NCBI GenBank assembly: GCA_963727315.1
Contig: CAVSFE010000002.1
Coordinates: forward strand, 279,723-343,722
Direction of reading: 5' to 3'
DNA: 64,000 bases
From: an uncultured Chloroflexia bacterium
GTDB taxonomy: Bacteria > Chloroflexota > Dehalococcoidia > Dehalococcoidales > RBG-16-60-22
The notes beneath the pieces are model-generated. The model saw only the letters and a list, made by a program, of their open reading frames with translations, was not told the DNA's origin and searched no databases. Each line of letters opens with the position of its first letter. Position 1 is the first letter of the stretch. The translations under genes were made by a program, and so were the position numbers. This document shows positions 60,474-64,000 of this stretch, in pieces.

Positions 60474-61004
60474 TTGGAGAGAGTAATGATATTTATCGAT
60501 GGGAGCAATTTTTACCACTCCCTGAAAAATCATTTCAACAGGACCGACCTTGACATCGGCAGGTTTTGCCGCAAGGTTTTAAACCGGCGCCAGCTCATCA
60601 GAATCTATTACTATAACGCCAGGGTAGGACAGAAGCAGGAGCCCGAGCTCTACAAACAGCAGCAGGCTTTCTTCGCCGGCGTCAACGCCATACCCTATAC
60701 GGAGCTAAGGCTGGGTCGACTGGTCTATACCAACCAGTGGCCCAACGTCCCTCCCTACGAGAAGGGCACCGACGTCCAACTGGCTACCGATATGATTACC
60801 CACAGCTATAAAGGCAATTACGACGTAGCCATCCTGGTGGCGGGAGACAACGACTTCGCCGGGGCCGTCCAGGCCGTCAAAGACAACGGCAAACACGTCG
60901 AGGTAGCGCTTTTCGGCAAGCAGGGCACCTCGCAATTGTTGCGGTCCGTCGCCGACATGGTGATACCGATTAACGCCCGCCTGCTCAAGGACTGCTGGAA
61001 GTGA
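60474..61004 (+). CDS. NYN domain-containing protein (LabA-like predicted RNase)
   Basis: IFIDGSNFYHSL...KGTDVQLATDMI...AILVAGDNDFAGAV are NYN/LabA motifs. I chose the TTG at 60474, 7 nt after GGAGGTG; an ATG at 60486 is also possible. Confidence 0.8.
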   Translation: MERVMIFIDGSNFYHSLKNHFNRTDLDIGRFCRKVLNRRQLIRIYYYNARVGQKQEPELYKQQQAFFAGVNAIPYTELRLGRLVYTNQWPNVPPYEKGTDVQLATDMITHSYKGNYDVAILVAGDNDFAGAVQAVKDNGKHVEVALFGKQGTSQLLRSVADMVIPINARLLKDCWK

Positions 61005-61026
61005 CGGCAGGCCGCTGACCGAGTCA

Positions 61027-62632
61027 ATGAAAGATAAAGCCAAAAAATCCCGGGAGGCCAAGGGGCGTCCCGGGGAGCGCGCCCTCAAGGAAGAGGGCGC
61101 CATCGTCAAGGACTGGGGCGGCCGGCTGCCGGTCGCCCTCATCTACCCCAATAGATATTACCTGGGCATGTCCAACCTGGGCATTCACGCCATCTACAAG
61201 CTCCTCAACAGCAACCTGAAGGTCGTCTGCGAGCGCGTCTTCCTCGATACCACGGAGAAAAACACACCGGTCGCTTTAGAATCGGGCCGGCCGCTAGGCC
61301 GACTTCGCCGTGCTCGCTTTTTCGATTTCTTACGAGCTCGACTATTTCAATGTCGTGAGCATACTTAAAGCGGCGGGCATACCGCTCTTCGCCGCCGAAC
61401 GCGACGAAAGCCAGCCGCTGGTCATCGCCGGGGGGCCGTGTGTCACCGCCAATCCCATGCCGCTGGCGCCGTTTTTCGACGGCCTCGGCATCGGCGAAGG
61501 CGAGTCGATACTGCCCGCCATGCTTCCCGTGCTTTTCGAGGGCAGCGGCGGGGCGCGTGACGCCCTGCTCAAAGAGCTGGCAACGCTGCCCGGCGTCTAC
61601 GTGCCGAAATACCCCCCGGAAAAGCCGGTCGTCCGCCAGTATGCCAAAAACCTGGACGATTTCCCGGTGAGCTCGGTAGTGCTCACGCCGGACACCGAGC
61701 TCGGCGAGCTGTTCCTCATCGAGGCGGAGCGGGGCTGCCGGAGGGGCTGCCGCTTCTGCCTGGTCAATAGCGCCTTCGCCCCGGTACGCTTCCGGGCGGC
61801 GGACGGGATAATCAAGCAGGCGTGGGAAGGCCTGCACCACCGCCGGCGCATCGGGCTCATCGGACCGGCGGTCACCGACCACCCCCACATAAAAGATATA
61901 CTGGACGGCCTGCTCAAGCTGAATGCCGAGATATCCATCAGCTCACTGCGGATAGACACACTATCCGAGGAAATCCTCGGCGCCCTGGAAAAGGGCAAAG
62001 CCCAGACCATCACCATCGCCCCCGAGGCAGGCTCCGACCGCCTGAGAGAAGTCATTAACAAAGGCATAAACGGGGATGACATCCTAGAGGCGGCGGACAG
62101 GATTGCCGGGCACCGCTTCACCCAGCTCAAGCTCTATTTTATCGTCGGCCTCCCCACCGAGACCGACGACGACATCGAGGAAATCGTCCGGCTGAGCCTG
62201 GCAATTAAAGACCGCGTTGAAAGGCAGCGGAGCAATATACGCATCATCATCAACGCGGCGCCTTTCGTGCCCAAGGCGGGCACGCCATTCCAGTGGCTGC
62301 CCATGGCCAAGCAGGAAACACTCAACCGCCGCCTGGGGATATTGAGGAGCCGCCTGCCGCTCAAAGGCATCAAGCTCAACGACGAAAGCCCGGCGTGGAG
62401 CCAAATCCAGGGGGTGCTTTCGCGGGGGGATGAAGGGGTGGCCAAAGTCCTGGCGGAGATGGAGGAAGTTTCACTGGCCGGCTGGCGCCAGGCGGTTGAA
62501 ACTCACCAACTAGACGTCGAATATTACGCCAACCGGAGATGGGACACAGCGAAAAAGCTGCCTTGGGGATTTATCGATTCAGGGATGAAAACCGAAAGAC
62601 TCTGCGGTGAACTGGAAAAGGCGGTGGCTTAA
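61027..62632 (+). pseudogene. B12-binding-domain-like radical SAM protein, frameshifted as assembled
   Basis: The N-terminal part (PVALIYPNRYYLGMSNLGIHAIYKLLN...ALESGRPLG) continues in the next frame as DFAVLAFSISYELDYFNVVSILKAAGIP...IEAERGCRRGCRFC (CxxxCxxC). The switch lies near 61295..61300. Confidence 0.8.
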
Positions 62633-62634
62633 CC

Positions 62635-63093
62635 TTACGGTTGCAGCAGCCCGGTCACGACGTCGTTGATTTCTTTGCCGTCGGCCTTGCCCTTGAGCTT
62701 CGGCATGAGCTGCTGCATGACTTTACCCTTATCACCCAGGCCCAAGGCCCCCACCGACGCGATGACCTCCCGCGCCGCCGCCACAATATCGTCGCGGCTC
62801 ATCTGCTCCGGCAGATAGCTCTGCAGGACCACCTTCTCCGCCTCCTCTTTTGAGACGAGGTCGGCGCGGTTGCCCTTCTTAAAGGCGTCAATGCTTTCCA
62901 GGTGGCGCTTGACATCTTTAGCGACCACGCCGAGAATATCGGCATCAGTAAGGGCGGACTGCTTGGCGATTTCGGCGTTATTGACCGAGGCTATCAGCAT
63001 GCGGAGCGTGTCGCGCCGGACCGTATCGCCGGCCCGCATCGCCTGCCTGAGGTCATCGGAAAATTTCCCCTTGAGGGCCGCCTGTTCTTCCAT
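62635..63093 (-). CDS. GatB/YqeY domain-containing protein
   Basis: The 152-aa ORF reads LKGKFSDDLRQAMRAGD...LQSYLPEQMS...KGKVMQQLMPKLKGKADGKEIN, the YqeY pattern. It lies downstream of rpsU as in Bacillus. Confidence 0.85.
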   Translation of the reverse strand: MEEQAALKGKFSDDLRQAMRAGDTVRRDTLRMLIASVNNAEIAKQSALTDADILGVVAKDVKRHLESIDAFKKGNRADLVSKEEAEKVVLQSYLPEQMSRDDIVAAAREVIASVGALGLGDKGKVMQQLMPKLKGKADGKEINDVVTGLLQP

Positions 63094-63126
63094 CGGATAA
63101 TCTGACTGCGTAAATATGGTATTTGA

Positions 63127-63336
63127 TTAGCGGGCGCTCGCCCGCCGGAATATCCGGCCCGTCCGGGCGGAACCGCGTTTCTTGGCCGCCTTCTTCCGCT
63201 TGCGCTTTACGCTGGGTTTTTCGTAGTGCTCCCGGCGGCGTAACTCCGCCAGGATACCGTCCTGCTGCACCTTCCGGTTAAACCGCTTCAGCAAGCTGTC
63301 AAAGTTCTCATCCTGACCAGCGGTGACTTCAGCCAA
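63127..63336 (-). CDS. rpsU: 30S ribosomal protein S21
   Basis: The 69-aa basic ORF has a TTG start. It reads ENFDSLLKRFNRKVQQDGILAELRRREHYEKPSVKRKRK, the S21 pattern. Confidence 0.85.
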   Translation of the reverse strand: MAEVTAGQDENFDSLLKRFNRKVQQDGILAELRRREHYEKPSVKRKRKKAAKKRGSARTGRIFRRASAR

Positions 63337-63431
63337 CTGGCATCACTCCCCTTCTAAAATTAGATAAAAAACACCTTAATCATTGTAGAGGTCGGGAAGG
63401 GAACTGTCAAGAAATATCTCACCGAGGACAA

Positions 63432-64000
63432 TTAAGACGCCTCGACCCTTCTCAATATCTCCTCCGCCACCACCACGCCGGAAGCCGACGCCTGCACCAG
63501 GCCGCGGCTGACCCCGGTACCATCGCCGACGGCGAACATATTTCTGACCTCCGTCTCCAGGCAGGCGCTCAGCTGCGGCCGGAACGAGTAGAACTTGACC
63601 TCGATGCCGTACAGCAGGGTATCATCGGAGGCCACACCCGGCGCCAGCTTATCCATCGCCATCAGCATCTCGATCAGGCCGGTAAGATGCCGGAAAGGCA
63701 GTGCGAAACTTAAATCGCCCGGTGTGGCGCTGGGCAGGGTGGGCTTCACCTTCCCCTGTTCAATGCGCTCCGGCGTGGAGCGGCGGCCGCCGATGAGGTC
63801 GCCGAAACGCTGCACCAACACACCTCCGCCCAACAGATTAGCCAGCTTGGCCAGGTATTTACCGTAGGCAATCGGCTCGTGGAAAGGCCGGGTAAAATCG
63901 GTGCTCACCAGCAAAGCGAAATTGGTATTATCGCTCTTCCGGCCGGCATAGCTATGGCCATTGACCGTCACCACGGGGTCGCTGCCGCCCGTCGACTCGG
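63432..64000 (-). CDS. FAD-dependent oxidoreductase (COG2509-like), C-terminal part; the 5' end lies beyond the window
   Basis: The frame is open to the window edge. VTVNGHSYAG...LVQRFGDL...LYGIEVKFY...FAVGDGTGVSRGLVQASASG matches the uncharacterised FAD-dependent dehydrogenase family. Confidence 0.75.
   Translation of the reverse strand, partial: ESTGGSDPVVTVNGHSYAGRKSDNTNFALLVSTDFTRPFHEPIAYGKYLAKLANLLGGGVLVQRFGDLIGGRRSTPERIEQGKVKPTLPSATPGDLSFALPFRHLTGLIEMLMAMDKLAPGVASDDTLLYGIEVKFYSFRPQLSACLETEVRNMFAVGDGTGVSRGLVQASASGVVVAEEILRRVEAS

Overview
This is a visibly GC-rich bacterial chromosomal segment. TTG/GTG starts, an unlinked 23S rRNA gene and the repeat style suggest a Chloroflexota/Dehalococcoidia-like organism, but that is a guess with no database search behind it.

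There are about 60 protein genes, mostly housekeeping:
- thiL, ndk, rsfS, recG, mutS, argS-trpS, gatC-gatA and rpsU-yqeY.
- A FakA-like DAK2 gene plus two DegV genes, divergent from rpmB.
- A minus-strand argJ-argB-argD-X-argG-argH operon followed by an ABC-2 exporter.
- Transporters: PiT, a Kef-type antiporter and two MFS.
- A run of small Fe-S, flavin and hydrolase genes at 26.7-33.2 kb.

One complete 23S rRNA gene lies on the minus strand. It has its own boxB/boxA-like leader and a terminator, but no 16S, 5S or tRNA nearby. I saw no CRISPR array, transposase, integrase or phage gene.

Most notable observations:
1. A candidate selenoprotein at 33371..35228. It has an in-frame TGA giving a G-U-P-G-C motif, with a SECIS-like GGUC-loop hairpin just downstream. 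It is fused to a large uncharacterised domain and sits in a tight operon with two paralogous SDRs.
2. Two inverted ~250-bp copies of one promoter-proximal module (51008..51254 and 57542..57792). Each carries identical 13-mers spaced 42 bp apart, and they drive two convergent operons, one of which starts with an Lrp/AsnC regulator.
3. A dispersed GC-rich palindromic repeat family with six copies. All copies lie at 3' ends of transcription units, and several carry a terminator-like hairpin.
4. At least 14 single-nucleotide frame interruptions in 12 otherwise conserved genes, including argS and trpS. Almost all behave as 1-nt insertions, so sequencing or assembly error is the most likely cause. 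This limits any pseudogene claim.
5. A visibly AT-rich orphan membrane-anchored ORF coupled to the end of gatCA.

All coordinates and motifs were read by eye. No identities, GC values or folding energies were computed.
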